Assembly: GCF_006345805.1 (NCBI RefSeq)
Contig: NC_042998.1
Span: forward strand, 109,492,001-109,556,000
From: Octopus sinensis
Lineage: Eukaryota
Reading direction: 5' to 3'
Length of the DNA stretch: 64,000 nt
Positions 26,195-41,400 of the stretch are shown here, one piece after another. Position numbers and translations under genes: made by a program. The first letter of the stretch is position 1. Every line of letters starts with the position of its first letter. The notes beneath the pieces are model-generated. The model worked only from the letters and a program-made list of their open reading frames with translations. It had not been told where the DNA came from and did no database searches.

Positions 26195-26399
26195 CCCCTT
26201 TTGTTGCCAGATTTTTGTTGAAATACACTGCCTTGGTTTCAATAAATTTTGAAAATAATGAAATATTTAGTAAAATAACTCATTAAGATGGTATTTGGAA
26301 CATAAACTTTGATGGAAAATTTTAATTTAGATTATTTTTTAATAGGAAGTTTACATCAGACAACTTGCGGCAGTCTCAACTGAGCTGGTATTAAAAGGG
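26195..26399. mobile_element. piggyBac-type MITE
   Basis: ataa|cccctttttgttgcc ... ggtattaaaaggg|ttaa. Confidence 0.7.
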
Positions 26400-26535
26400 T
26401 TAATATATTAATATTGATGATGAACACAAACCATGTAATAAGTAAATAATAACAAACAAGATTTTTTTATGATGCAAATATTTTTACTGGTTGTTATAAG
26501 TATATACATATGTATACATATACAAACACACACAC

Positions 26536-26586
<51 letters not shown>

Positions 26587-27215
26587 TATATATATATTAT
26601 ATATGCACACACTCACATATGTATGAATCTTCATATATGCAGAGTAGGAGAGTAATAGATAAAGATTGAGAAAAAAAATGTCAAAGTATCCATTATACCA
26701 TTAAAATGAGTGTGACTGGGACTGTTGCACTACCAATAATATCATATATGAACTCGTAGAAGAGTGAGGCAGAATATCAAACCACATCGTAGAAGGTTGT
26801 GAAATGGATAAGATGATAAAGACTATATGTAGAGATAAACTGCAGGGATAAGTCAGAGAATGATTATAATGGCTGTTAAAGACAAGTTAATAAAAAAAAA
26901 ATAAAATAAAATAAAGAGAAAAAAAAAATGATTTGCAGATAAACTGCCAATAATAATAAAGCTAGGATATCTCTAAGAAAACCTGACATAATTTGTTAAA
27001 ACTTTGAACAACTTAAATTGTTTTCCATTTCATATCATTTACACTAGGGATAAGACCTAAGATAGGTATAGCCATATGAATTTAGAATATAGAGGGGCAA
27101 TAATGACAATAAAGATATTTCCAAAAGATCACAAAGAAAATAAGATCTTAATTTAGGGGCCATATACAGTATATGAAAACATTCTGACTTAGGGAGGTGA
27201 GTGTGTGTGTGTGTG

Positions 27216-27218
<3 letters not shown>

Positions 27219-27269
<51 letters not shown>
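27219..27269. repeat. (GA)n microsatellite preceded by (GT)n
   Basis: Direct reading. Confidence 0.95.
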
Positions 27270-27272
<3 letters not shown>

Positions 27273-28758
27273 GCAGACAGAGAGTAAAAGAAAGAGCAAG
27301 TACTTCTCCTACTCTGCTTCAAGAACAGTTATCCGTGTGAAGTGGGCCTTCATTGAGGTAGATTGGCATTATGTCAAACTGATATTAGATGCTTTTGTTT
27401 ATCTTTCTTTCATCAAGTCAGTCAGAGAAATGACCAAGTATATTCAACAATCTGGAACCAGTAATGATCAGCACTGTTGGTCATTTGATAATGCTCAAAA
27501 ATCTCAGAAATTTAATGCCAGTTTCTTTTTGTTTTCTTTTTTCTTCTTAGAATTTTCCTTTCTTTTTCAAATCTCAATATATAACATTTCTTTTGGTTCA
27601 TAATTTGTTGCAATGTATTTTTTTTTCTTTTTTGAAATATAATATAGGTACGGTTTCATTTTCTAAACAATGATTTATGTATATGATATACATATATATA
27701 TATATAAATATATATATCCTGTAAGTTCATTCACAGCCTTTTTTATCAAAGATTATTTACAGTGAAAATTTTTAATTAAAACCTGAGAATAGAAATTTGA
27801 TTAGGGCATTAATATATATATAAAAAAAATCATGAAACTCTTGATGAGGTTATTGAGTAGTTAACTATGAAACCGAGAAGCAACTACAATATAGCAAGAA
27901 GACAGCTAAAGTTCAACAATGAAAGTTCAACCATTTACATAAAGTTAGCTTCATCAGGTCCAACTTTCAAATACATACACTCAGGCATCCACACGCAGTC
28001 ATTTTATCTTTTGCACAAGAGAATGTATTCATACTCAACAAGTGAAATTTGTTTTTTATGTTAAGTAGTTGCCATTGCATTGCAATCATACTCATACACA
28101 GAATTTGGTAAATATTGCCAAATATTTCAAGTATTCAATATTCATCTTTCCAGACATTGAGCAATTAATCATTAGAGTTTAAAAGACAACATCAGATAAT
28201 CTGCAAAGAAGGGAGAAATTAATCCTATACATGAAATACATGGATGCTGTTAGATCTACTTGGATTTTGAGTAAACAGCATCTTGCATTTTCTTTTCTTT
28301 TATTCTTTTTGAAGTAAAGGAAGTAGAGGAACATAATACTTACTGTGGTTTAGTAACATTACCAGCACTATTCAGCAGTGACAGCAAGAGACCAGGAATG
28401 AATTCAGCTTGTTGTAGCAGTAGTAGTAACTAGCCTGTAGTGAATACCAGTGGCCATAATAGACCCATATAACAGAAAAACTGAGATTTGTTTAGCTTTA
28501 CCAACACAGTAATACTGTGATGGATGTCAAACATTAACTTTTTAAATATTACTAAAAGGGTTTGCTTTCAAAATTTATACAAATATACTTGCTTTCCTTA
28601 ACCAGTCACATTAGTAAAGTGCCAGAAAAGAAAGCATAAAGATCCAACTAGTAATGTTGCTGAAAGCTAAAATACTTCCAGATTCTCTAATCTCAGTTTG
28701 CTGTGGTTTTCAAAGTAGGAAGTAAAAGTTTATCTTTTATTTATTTATTTACTGCCTG

Positions 28759-28872
28759 TCACCTGGAAATTGTCTTCACAAAGCCATCAATATTGAGTCC
28801 AAGCTGCTGACAACGCTGGATAATCTGCAGCACATTGGACTTGGCTCCAATAGTCACTTCAAACAACAGGAA
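28759..28872 (-). CDS. ZFC3H1: ZFC3H1 last coding exon: FLLFEVTIGAKSNVLQIIQRCQQLGLNIDGFVKTISR*
   Basis: ctttatctag| acceptor, 114 nt, TGA at 28759-28761; matches the recalled vertebrate C-terminus QLLFE..GGK..L..LVSKCQEIGVSL. Confidence 0.92.
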   Translation of the reverse strand, partial: FLLFEVTIGAKSNVLQIIQRCQQLGLNIDGFVKTISR

Positions 28873-29377
28873 CTAGATAAAGATAAATAAACAGAAAATG
28901 AAAAAAATATAAAGTGAGAATAAGATAATGAAGAAAAGGAACTAAAACAATGGTTATCAACAGATATCTACAATTATATATTTACTAAAGTATCTTGGAC
29001 TCTAAGTTCAGAAATATATAATTAAAATATATATATCTGTAAATATAATATGTGACAATTATTCAGTAGCCAAGATAAAACTCTGAGTTTCGGATGCCAA
29101 GGTGGAAATCCACACCACCATCTCTTCAGTTATCTGGCCGGATAATTGTCACATATATTTACAGATACATACAAATTCCTCTATTTACATAATATTGAGG
29201 TCTCTTTCTTTCTTTTGTTATTTTACCGTTTTTACCAATATATATATATATAAAATTAGAAAAAAAAAACACCTTTTATCAATTCAAAATGAACAATTAA
29301 ATTACACCATCTAGAAAATTAAAGTGAATAAATAAATAAAGTAAATAAATAAATTTTATTCCCTCAAATAATAATTT

Positions 29378-29426
<49 letters not shown>

Positions 29427-32400
29427 CTATTTTCTCTGCTGATAGAATGGCCGACTCTTAAGATAAACTACACTGTAGCTGCTTTTTCTTTTGACCTTAC
29501 ATATTAACTAGTAAAAAAAAGAAGTACAATACTTTAAATCACTGATCTAAAGAAAGTTTTGGTTTCAATAATCAAAGAAGTTGGACAAATATAAATATAC
29601 AAATTTTAAGTTGAGAAAAAACACAATTCAAGAAAAATATGTCAACATACAATGGTGATTCAGTGTCAAGCATATATAACTAAGATATATACAAAGATTG
29701 GTAACTTAAAACCATTACTTAATCAGACTTGGTAAAGAACATTCATCAAGGAGGAAATACAAGGAAAATGAAATTGCAAAAATGGATTGGTTTATTTAAA
29801 AGAGAATGAAAATGGAAATAAAAGCTAACTGGTTTCTACAAACGAAATACATAAGCTAATTTTTTTTTAAATGTTATTTGTAAATTTAATTTATTTTTGT
29901 CCAAAAGAATTTATTAGAAAAAAAAAAGGTGAGTAATGAAGAATTTAATACTGGTTGGTATCAATAATAACTAGCTCTTAGCAAGACAAAATAATTTAAT
30001 AACTATATACATGTCCCCACCAACCAACTAAACTAGACTGAGGACTACTGAATGGAGGGAGAGGGTTAAAAATTGATAAAAATCTTTGTTACATGTTTCC
30101 ACAATGATACAGCATAGGGTAGCACTCGGACAGCTTTGATAAATAATTGTTGCACCTGCAAGCAGAGTGGATAATGACTGATCCATGGAGAAAATTCAAA
30201 TACTGAATATATATTATACATGAATATTGAAAGAAAAGAGACAAAATAATGTCTGAGCTCATTTGGTTTCATTTAATAAATGTTTAGACCAGAGACTTAA
30301 GTTACAAGGCTAAATAACTCACTTTAGAAAAAGTCTACCAAGAATTCATTTGTAGAGAACAGAAACATGGAAGATACTCAGAAGAGTAGCAAATAATCTT
30401 TAAATGGTGCATTGTTAAGCGATTGTTATACATTTAGATAAATACAAAACTTTATTATTTGCTAACTCGGCTTAATCTTGGTGCAGCATATCTAATACTA
30501 TCTCAGATATGACAACAGTTTACCAGATTTACAAAAAAACAATAACATTATCTCATTACTGATCATGTAATATACAATGATTAAGTTAGAGTGTATAACA
30601 GGATTTTATAGTTCAAGAAAGACTAATAAAATTCCAAGTTATACACAAGAACACCAATCTGGATATAATTTAGCAATACTAACAATCTACTCTCCATCAT
30701 CCAACTATACTAGATGCTGTTAGGGCTATCATATAAAACTGTGCTGAAAATCAGGTTTAAATGGTTTCCTATATTCTTAATTCTTTTCCAAGTTTTCCTT
30801 TCACTTTAGTAATGTCTCAGCGGAAGCAGTGCAGTGTCAGCATATTCTGCAGGAACATGATGGTAATGCAAAATAAATTAACCAAATGGTTGCAGTTATT
30901 TAAATGTACATATGTTAGGTGTTTGATCTTCTTACTTCAATAAGCATCAAATCATAGTTTCTTCTTCCCTTTTCCAACATTGACCTTATGGTTATTGGTG
31001 CTGCCCTCCTCCTCTTCATAAAAGAAATGCTAGCTATATATATGGTGCTGGTAATTGTTGGTTGTCAGTGTAAAATAATTAAAGCTTATGTGCCAAGTTT
31101 CATTCCGGGAAGAAATAGATAAAAGTAATCCTAAGTATCTTTAAAAGCAGTAGCTTTCATTAATTAGTTCTTGCCGTTTAGTCCACTCCAACTCTGCAGT
31201 GAGAAGAACGTTATCAAAACTTAAGCCATTTTTATTTTATTTTACAATCAACATGCTATTTGTAGCTTCAGCAGTTGTTAAAAGTGACACATCCTCCAAC
31301 AAATTATTATGCAAAGCATTGCAATCAGAAATCAACACCTTTACAGCCACAAGAAATGAAAGCTGCAATAATTATAGCTACACAGGCATGCCTGTGGTTA
31401 AGAAATTTGCTTCCCAACCATATGGTTTTGCATTCAGTCTCATTGGGTGGCACTTTGGGGCAAGTGTCTTCTACTATACCCCAAGGCCAACTAAAGCCTT
31501 GTGAGAGGATTTTGTAGATGAAAACAGACAGGAGTCCATTTTATAAAATGTGTATATGCGTGTTTGAATGAATATTTGTGTCTCCTTGTCTTAACTTCCA
31601 CATCATCATCATCATCGTTTAGCGTCCGTTTTCCATGCTAGCATGGGTTGGACGGTTCAACTGGGGTCTGTGAAGCCAGAAGGCTTCATCAGGCCCAATC
31701 AGATCTGGCAGTGTTTCTACGACTGGATGCCCTGCCTAACGCCAATAGTAAATAAGTGTCACCACCCAACTAATGTCATTCCTTTCAATTGCCTGGCTAT
31801 GGGGAAATATAAACTTTCACAGAAACAAGAGAGGGTATCTGGTCATAGAAAATCTGTTTCAATCAATTGTCTGACTTGTGCTAGTATGGAAAAGTGGACA
31901 GTAAAATGATGATGATAATGTTCTATAATCAGATTGTCAGTGTCACTGACAATCTTTTCAGTCAGCCATATTAGACATTTTAAGTTGAAAGAATAACAAT
32001 TTGTATTATCTCATTTCCTGCAGCTTTCCATTAAAGGTATTTTTTCTCTCTGTTTTCACCACAGATATTAGTCACTAATTAGTGTAACATTCCAAAAACA
32101 ACTATAATTCACAAGCACTACATATAATACATTTTCTACAACATACAACTACCCAATTGATTTTGCAAACACCTGTGCTTCTCACTCTCTCTCCCTCTCT
32201 CTCTCTATCATACTTCAGCCTTCAATGCCAGGCATAAAGCCACCTCCACTCCTCCCAAATACATTCTCACTCAATCAAGGTTTTTTTCCCCCCTTTATTT
32301 TAAGTTGCGTGGTGACCTCAGTGCCAGAGTCATGAAAGAAAGTACCCAGTACATTCTGTAAAGTGGTTAGCATCAAGAAGGGCATCTAGCCATAGAAACT

Positions 32401-35400
32401 GTGCCAGAGTAGATATTGAAGCCTGACACAGACCTGCAGCTCATCAGAGCCTGTCAAACTATCCAACCTATGCTAGCTTAGAAAACAAATATTCGATGAT
32501 GATGATTTAAATAAACCTTTCTCTTACAAACATTGTAATTTTCAAACCTGTAGTTTTATGGTCTTTATAAGAACATGTTATTTAACTGGGATTATATTAC
32601 TTTGAATTATTGTACTCACTAAGACCAGATAAGGTCTACACTACAACTGAAATGTGGAAAATGAAGAAATTGCTGATACATTATTTTCTACTGGTGACCC
32701 TGATATGATCTAACCAGAATGCTTTAAAACTGTTCTTAACAGGAGAAATGGAATTCAATACACCAAGTAGGACATACATATTTCTAATGCTGTGAAGCTA
32801 CATAAATGACTTAAGAATAGACAGCTGTGCCAGGCACTTATTAAAGTTTTAATAAGTATCATGCACAAAACTCTAGGCTCTTGAGTCACTTAAAGTTTTA
32901 TAAGGAAGTTGGGGAATTAACTGACATTGTATTGGTGTTGGCTGTATTTTGAGAAGTGGCTTCATTTGGTTGTAATTCTGGGAAGATGAGAGAGCCTAAG
33001 AATTTATGGGTGACACACAGAGATGACAAGAATTGGAGTTGGGTGGGGGTGAATTAAGTGGGCTTGGATGTAGGTGGGGATAATTTGCCAGTTCGAAAAC
33101 TAGGGATTGTTACAGTTGTGGTAGAAAGGTCAGAAAAGTGATAGTACATCCATATCAAAGGTAAAAAAAAGTTTCGCTGAGTGAATCTTTGCTAATATAC
33201 AGAATGGATTATCTGGAGGAATATAGGTTAATGCAGTATAAAATGGGTGTGTTTGAGTGTGCATGTTTAACAGCAGAGGGAATCAACAAGTAGGTCAAAG
33301 CTGGTTCTGAAGAAGCCTATTCTTTTGGGATGTAGATTTTTCCATAGCCAATGCAGAGAAAATCTGCTGTGACAGCTGATTGGTAAGACATCATGCTTCC
33401 ATTCCCTATTACACTTGAAACTTGGGATAAATTAACATATAAAATAAACAACAAACATAAAACAGGAAAAAAAAATTCAACAAAACAGCAAGTTGTGTCT
33501 AGAAACAGTTTTCTTCAGTCTGTTGTGATTAATAAGATCTGAAGAAGGAAGCCACAAAACTCACACAAATTCAATATCCACATGTTTTTGAACATTTAAT
33601 TTTCATCTCATTGAAATTTTGTGAAGTATAATTAGTAGTAAGTGTGAGTTCAGTGGAGATGAAATAATAAACTAATTTAAATTTCAGTTAAAGAATCGAA
33701 TCAAAGAGATTTTTTTAGCTATTTCTTTATCAAATTATTTGAAACCATTACAATAAAAACTTAAATACTACAAAATGATTGCAAATCAAGAACACAAGAC
33801 CAGATATTACTAAGATTTAACAAGAATGCTTCATAAAAATACTGAAAAACTGATAGTCTAATAATAAAAAAAAAGGGTCATATTTTATATTTACATAAAT
33901 ATTCTACAAACACAAGTATATACAATTACTTTGATAATTCAATTAATAAATTTAAAGAGGAAATCTAAAATACTGACAAAGATCAAAAAGATCTCCAAGG
34001 AGTCTGCTCCAGAAAAGCAAAATTATAAGTACTTGCTTAGTAATTATTCAATTTCTTTTTCTCTCTACAAATATAAAACTGTGCCTATATTACAGATTCT
34101 CATTATTATCATCAATATAGGTATATTAAATCTATATCACAGTAACATTTTTTTTTTCATATTTGGCACTAACCTACTCTAGTGTAAGGAAACAGAGTTA
34201 CGTTGAGAAATTACTAACCTCAATCTGGCTACATCTAAGGACTGTCAATGCAGTTACTCTGAAAGTAAACAGCACAATATTAGTAAAGATAATTCACATT
34301 TCAAATGTCTATTCTCAATAACATATTACACAACAATCAAAATGTATTTCTTTTGAGAAATTGTCTTTCACTGAGAAGGGATAAATAAATCATAGAAAAA
34401 TCACCCTTACTGACAATAGTATTAAGATAAAACAGTAAACAAGTCCAAATTAAAAAATTGGCTATAAGAATACATTTAAAAATCATACAATACTTAATGC
34501 AATCAAAGCCTATAAAACTGGCTTCAGCTTTACAGAAAAAATTTTCAACTAAACCCCGACTTCCAGTTCCCTTGATGTTAAAATGTGATCATTTCACATT
34601 GGTTAACTACCATCATAGTACTGGTTTTTATAATAATATAAGGAATAACCAGTGAATAAATGGTTAAATAGGTTTCTTACTTGTTCCACAAACTGATACA
34701 AGGAAGTTTTTCATGGACCCCAGTTTGACAAAATGATAAAGCTCTCCACATATCATTACAGCTCACAGCCAGGTCAACAGCTCTGGTTAAAAGGATGAAA
34801 AGAGAGAATAATTTGCAAAAATTTACAAAATCAAGTAGAAATATTTTGAATATGAATATTATTTCTTGTATACTATAAAGAATTTTCAAGTATATTCATA
34901 AAGTGCACATATTTATATATATACATATATAAATGAAATGGACATTACCTGAGTATGAGTTCAATATTGTTAGGCATGATAGTAAGGAATTTATCATAAG
35001 CAGCCATCTTCTGTTCAGTTGATTCCAGACAGTTAATATAAAGATCAATGATTTTGTTATGATGCTGGTGGTCATGCCAGTATCGAGAAGTAGAGGTCTC
35101 CACTCGACTTGGAAGGCAAGTCAAGCTACGAATAACCAGGCTTTGAAGTTTATCAGCAGCACTGCTTCTTTCATGAGCTGCTTGGCGAATTTGATAGTTC
35201 AAGTAACTGAAAAATAGAAGTAAAATTTTATTTACATTCTCAGTTTGTTTATCTCCAGATCAGCAGCAATCAACTCCTCTCTTCTACTTAGATATGATAG
35301 GTGATATTAATAACTTCCAGAGACAAATAAAAAGTTTTATGTTTAATATGTTTAGATATATTGAAATCAGCACAGGTATGGCCGTGTGGCTAAGTTTACT

Positions 35401-38400
35401 TCCTAACTACATGGTTTCAGGTTCATTCCCCTGGTATAGTACTGGGGACAAATATCTTCTATAGCCCTGACATGATTCATGTCAATGTCAAATAAGCAGT
35501 ATCATTCATTTCCGACATTTTGTGTGAACATATTACCTTGCTTAAAAACAAGAAAAGGTTGGCTATAAAAAAGGCCACCTGCAGTAGAAAATCTGCTTTA
35601 AACTTCGTCTGACCCATGCAAGCATGGAATAGCGGATATTAAAACAATGATAGCATCGAGTATGTTGAGAGAAAATATTTACTTTCTATAACACAACTCA
35701 GATCCAATGTTTTCTATCAGTTCATCTTCACCATGGTTCTTGGTTTCTCCAGTCATCCCTGTCCTGGATCTTCCTTGCTAATTGCTTCCTACTACATCCA
35801 GATCTTTATGGTTTCCTTGCTTCCTACGGAGATTCTATTTGAAAAACTAACAGGCAATGTTCTGCCAGGGTCTTCTGAATGTATATGTAATCCTGTGCTA
35901 TATTCTTTGTTTGATCTCCATGTTAATAGTCTGTTTGGTATGCTCTCATAAGGATTTATCATTGATTTTCTTTGGCTAATAGATTCTTAATATATTCAGT
36001 GGCAGTAGCTGAAGGTCTGGTTGTTTTTAAGACTGATTTTGATATATCTGCATGTCTCCACATTTGAATTGAAGACATAGCTCTTCGTGTTCCTGGGAAT
36101 TAGTCTTAACTTACAGATGTCATTCAACAGAAGGAACAGAATTCATGCTTTGACAATCCTGGCTTTCTTGCCAGCATCAGCACTGCCTGAATGGTTGAGG
36201 TTACCTGAGTATGTAAAGCTTGGATTTTCCTCAAGTGAGTCATCCTTAATATAAACTGGTTTTTCTGTGGTAACAAAGTTGTTTAACTTTGGTCTTGCCT
36301 ATACAAATGTTCAGGTCACCTTGTGCAGATATTTCTGTTAAGTTGGATAGTAATGTGGAAACCGTTAAAGTAATAATTTCTACCATTGGGTGATCTTTAA
36401 TCTAATTGTGAGAAGTGATGCCACAACAAAAGTAGAGGGATAAGTGTTAAAAAAAAAAAAGACTACAATATTCTGGCAGTCATTTTGGATATATGAAGTG
36501 GAACACTTTGTCTCACATAAACAGGATAGTAGTAAGTCTTTGATTTGGTTTTCCAAGCATCATACAGTAGAGCAGCATCATTTTAAAGAATTGACCACTT
36601 GTTCGCTCACATTAAAGCTCAACAAGATGTCAATTCACAAATTCTATTTTCTGCTATTTTCTTCAGATTAAACACATTTTACCTTTTCATTTGTCTCGGC
36701 TGCTATCTCCTCTCACCACATAACACAAACGTTTAAAGTCAAGAACATATGCATAAAGCTGTTTCTACATGTTTGAACTTATATTCACAAATATATGTAT
36801 AAGCAATTTTATGCAAACCCTATTTTTACTAATCCAGTCATCTTAGACTTCTTTTTGTTTGAATTCATTGCTGTCTATCTTTTGAAGAAAACATAATTGC
36901 TTCAAATTATAGCAAAACCAGGTTGGAAGAGGTTCACACATTTGGAGATCTATAGAAAATAAGGGAAATATATAACCTCTCTGCAACCTATTTTCTATAT
37001 GGCCAAGGAATGTTGAGTAAAAGTGTACTATGTACTCATTGTGAAAGATAGAAAGCAGTAAAGTTTTATCTCAAGGTACCTAGCCATAAGGTAAAGATGA
37101 AGCGAGATTGAGATAAATGATATGTTGTACACCAAACCTATCCAACCCAAGGAAACTTTTGTAAGACATTAAAATGATAAAAATTACATTTCCATCCAAC
37201 AAGAATAGTAAATCTTGAATAATCTAATGAACAAGCAATAAAGTTAGAATCCTAACCAATCACTCGGTTTAACATTTCAACTTGGTCCTTGGATGCATTT
37301 CATATTTAATTGTAGTTTTTACTTCTTTTCCCTCACCATTTGCCCCAGAACCATTGGAAAAGTGCTACAGGCATGTAGCACTTTCCAACTCTAAGATACA
37401 GAAAAAATTATCAATTATCAGAAAGAAGAAAAGAGAACTTACTGTAGCCAAACTTGAGCAATGTCAGATGTTGATTTCATAGCGGACAAAGCAGTTTCAT
37501 ATCCTTCAATCGCTTGACTATAATCACTTTGTAACTCCAATAATAAACTAACAAAAAAAAAAAAAAAAAACGAGTGAGAAATTTTGTACTTGGAAATTAT
37601 TTTAAAAAGGTATTTCATCAAAGAAAGAAATTAACAAACATGAGAAACATAATGACTGAGTACATACCAATAAGTAAGCCAGAAATATAACTGATTCTTT
37701 TGAAGAACTTCTGGAGAAATATTTTCACAATAATCAGGTATTTTATAGTCAAGAGGGATGGTCTGACGAAGTAGACAGCTAGGGAATTAAAAAAAAAGAC
37801 ATTTTAAACATAGAAACAATCAAGACATTCTCATGAGAAAGTAGAAGTAATTAGCTATGTGGAAAACTCTTTTAAGATGACAAACTGTGCATTACTAGTC
37901 ATATATTTTGTTACCATCAGTATATCAATGAAGACTAATTAAAACACAAAGAAGATGCTGAAAATGAGGATATCAAAAATTTTGGACTTAGAACTATGTA
38001 GAGAGCAGAAGACTAGCATCTTGCTTGCAGATGAAGTGCCAGATTTCAAGAACCCCATGCTGAAAGCCAAAAATTCTAAGAGATTTACAAATATTTCTGA
38101 ATACTGGAAAACTTTTAGTAACCATGGAATTCAATAGTGGACATTGCTACTTCATTTTTGTATGTGTGTGGTGGGGTTAAGTGACAAAAGAAAAAACCCC
38201 AGGAATTTTTATGCTTTCAACACCAGCCCACCCATGACCATCTTTGGTTAATTATCACCTAATTAAACATTAACATATAGATACAAATCTCTTTAACCAT
38301 GTTATTTATAATGGGATTTGACTAATCAAATTTACACTGTTAGAGTAAATAGAATGGTCAACAGATATTCTGATTATTTTTACACATTTTTTTTTACTTC

Positions 38401-41400
38401 TCTAACATACCACTCCTTATACAATGGATACAAACTTCAAAGTTAGAATAAATATTAAAAAATGGATCTCAATTATATTTCTGGCCATCATTTTCAGTTG
38501 TTGCATCAACTTCTCATTAACTTAATAAGTGGCTGACTATTTCACAAAACATGTGGTCTTAATGCAATCTTAAGGCAGAATAAATGTGAGAGTTTGTGAC
38601 AAAACCATTGAAATACAGGCACAGTCCATTCAAAGGAGTTCCTTGTAGTTTCCATTTTTTTTTCAATTCACTTAAATGATGTTGGTATAGGACACTTGTT
38701 CAAGATGCCACACAGTAGGACCAAGCTTGCAGCTTCTTGATTGCAAAGTGAACTTCTTAACTATTCTGGCATACTGAATCTACAGGAGTTAAAACAGTGA
38801 CAAGAAAGTGATGGATTTTCAAGGACAGAAGTGGCCAAAAGAAATTTTAAAATACAACAATTATGATATGGTGGAACTAGTACCGAATTATTCCATTTCT
38901 AATAGAAAAAGCAACAGTAAGGAATATAATAACAAACTGACTTCAAAAAGAGAATAGATTTTGAAAGGACCCAGGACCAATCAGCCTTCTTGGGGACTCA
39001 AAATTCAATGACTGCTTACTTTTGTTTATTTCCATCCAAGTGTTTGAAATAACTGTACACACTAATCACAAAAGGAAAAAAGGTGACAGTTTATTGAGTC
39101 ATGCCTAGAAGAAATTCAGGGACTTTTTGCAACAAACATCATAATGAGAAGTACTCAGGATTATCAATTACTAGAGCACTAATGAATGAATCCTTTGATG
39201 AAAACTTTGTTTTTCCAGCATTATGACTAAACACATTCTCTAAAACATTAAATTTCTACATACAATACACTAACACCAGTACACCAGTACAAAGGGAAGA
39301 AAATTACGATCCATTATTTAAAATAGGCACATTATATTAGAAACTGAAGCATCATTTCAAAGAATAGAGAAGCAATATGACTGTCTGTTGTTCTGAGTAG
39401 TTTGCTACACTACTGAGGACAGGTTATTCAAATAATAATTAGGAATAGAAGCAAAAACTGGTAACAGGGTTAGCTCTCAGAATTGGACTATTTCTTTGAT
39501 AATAAAGAAACAATGAAGTCACAAAAGAGTATGCTATGAATGCTTATATCAATAAAAGGAAGCTCCCAGTGCATATGAAATAAACTGACTTTCCACTGTG
39601 CATCCAGCAAAATTGACATATGCAGCAAAGCATGTTTTACAGCTTTCCACAAAAGAAAAATATAAGATAATGTTTGTATATAGAATTAAATTTTACAAAA
39701 TATTCTCAAATTTACTTGTTTTCAATTTTTTTTCATATAATTTACCTCAAGTTACTGAAAAGATGACCACCTGTTTATAATTAGTAAATATTTTCATCAC
39801 TAAGGTATTTGTGTGGAATTTTTTTTTTTAAGAATTTATTTCATTTTCAAATTTTTAAAAATATATCTTAATTAAATAAATATTATTTGGTGTTATTAAG
39901 TACTTGTTTTGCACAGAAAATCTAATGACATCTTGGATGTCCTTTACAATTTTGTTACTTATTTCAGTTGAAAATTTACTAGTAATTCATTTTATATAGA
40001 AAGATATTAAAAAAATTAATTTCACATTTCACTTTCAGCTGTACATAGTTTTGAGATAAAAGTTCCATCATAGATTTACGTGAAAACCTTTTGTGTTCCA
40101 AACACAAACTTGATATAATAAGCCAAAAGTTACAATTGTTTACAAACAAGACTTAAATTAACAATTTAGAATTTAATTGAAACACATGATTAGAAATATT
40201 ATAAAATTAAAATTAAATTAAAACACGTTAAATCATTTCCTTAATTTCAACAGATACTCTTTCCTAAGAAAGTTTTCCAAAACTGAAGAGATTTCTGGAC
40301 AATTAGTGGCATAAAATTCAAAATATTGATACACCTTATTTATATCAACATATTGTCCGTAGTAATAATTAACTCTAACAGATAAAATAAGTTTCGTATT
40401 GTTTCTTGCCAAGTCAACTTCATCCTTCTAAGGTCTATAAAATTGAAACACTAACTAAATATTGGGAACAGTTTGACAAAACCTTGCTCTCAAATTTGTG
40501 ACCTTGTGTCTGTGTTAGAAGCTATTATTTTACTTGAGTTTTATATGCGTGGTAGAATGGAATGTTACAGGTTACAAACAAAATAGAGTTGAAAAATGTA
40601 TTTTACAAGATAATTTCATTACATTGTGTAGAAGGAGGACTTTTTCAAAGAGTAATTAACATGGACTGATCTAATATAAGGTTTTAGAAAAACCTGTAAC
40701 CTAAAACAATGACGATGATGATGTCTTACCAATAAAGAATGTTTGGATCACAACGACTATCAGTAATGTCTATCAAGAAACAAGATATTGATGCCTGCTC
40801 CAGATATCTTAATGCACATTCAGAATCAGTCTGAAATTAAACAAATAAAATCTATAGGAAAACAAAAACAAAACGATAAAAAAATATCAAAATTATAAAG
40901 AAAAGAGTATATGAAGCAAAAGATGGACAGAAATGAAGTCCTCACCAAACTCAATGCCATGTGAGATGCATACAAGTAAAGCTTTGCTGAGTAACATCCA
41001 GTTTTCAGTGCCTCATCAAATATCTGTGTAAAACATTTATTGAAATATAAGGAACTATTGTAATAATGCACAATAAAGAAGAAAACAGTGAAGTAGAGTT
41101 GAAAATCATTTTTTTTTTTTCAATGAAATTGTTTTTTCTTATACAATAAAAAATGCTACAAATTTTTCATATTTTTTATGAATTATTCAAATATTTTATT
41201 GCAGAGCTATTAAAATGTGGAGTTTGCAATTTCTAGCTGAGTGAGATAAACTTTCATATTAGCATACCTGTGTAAAGGATTGAGATGTTTCACTTCATCT
41301 TTTGATCAATAGGTTTCCTGGCTGTTTCACCTGTCACATTTTAAACATATCAACACATCCCCAACATTCAAATAAAACAAAGTTCAATGTCTATTTACCA

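Noticed and set aside
32640-33200. Possible additional LINE RT remnant (TGDPDMI.PECFK); a similar weak signal lies at 61000-61750
   Set aside because: Too degraded to assign by eye; needs a profile search
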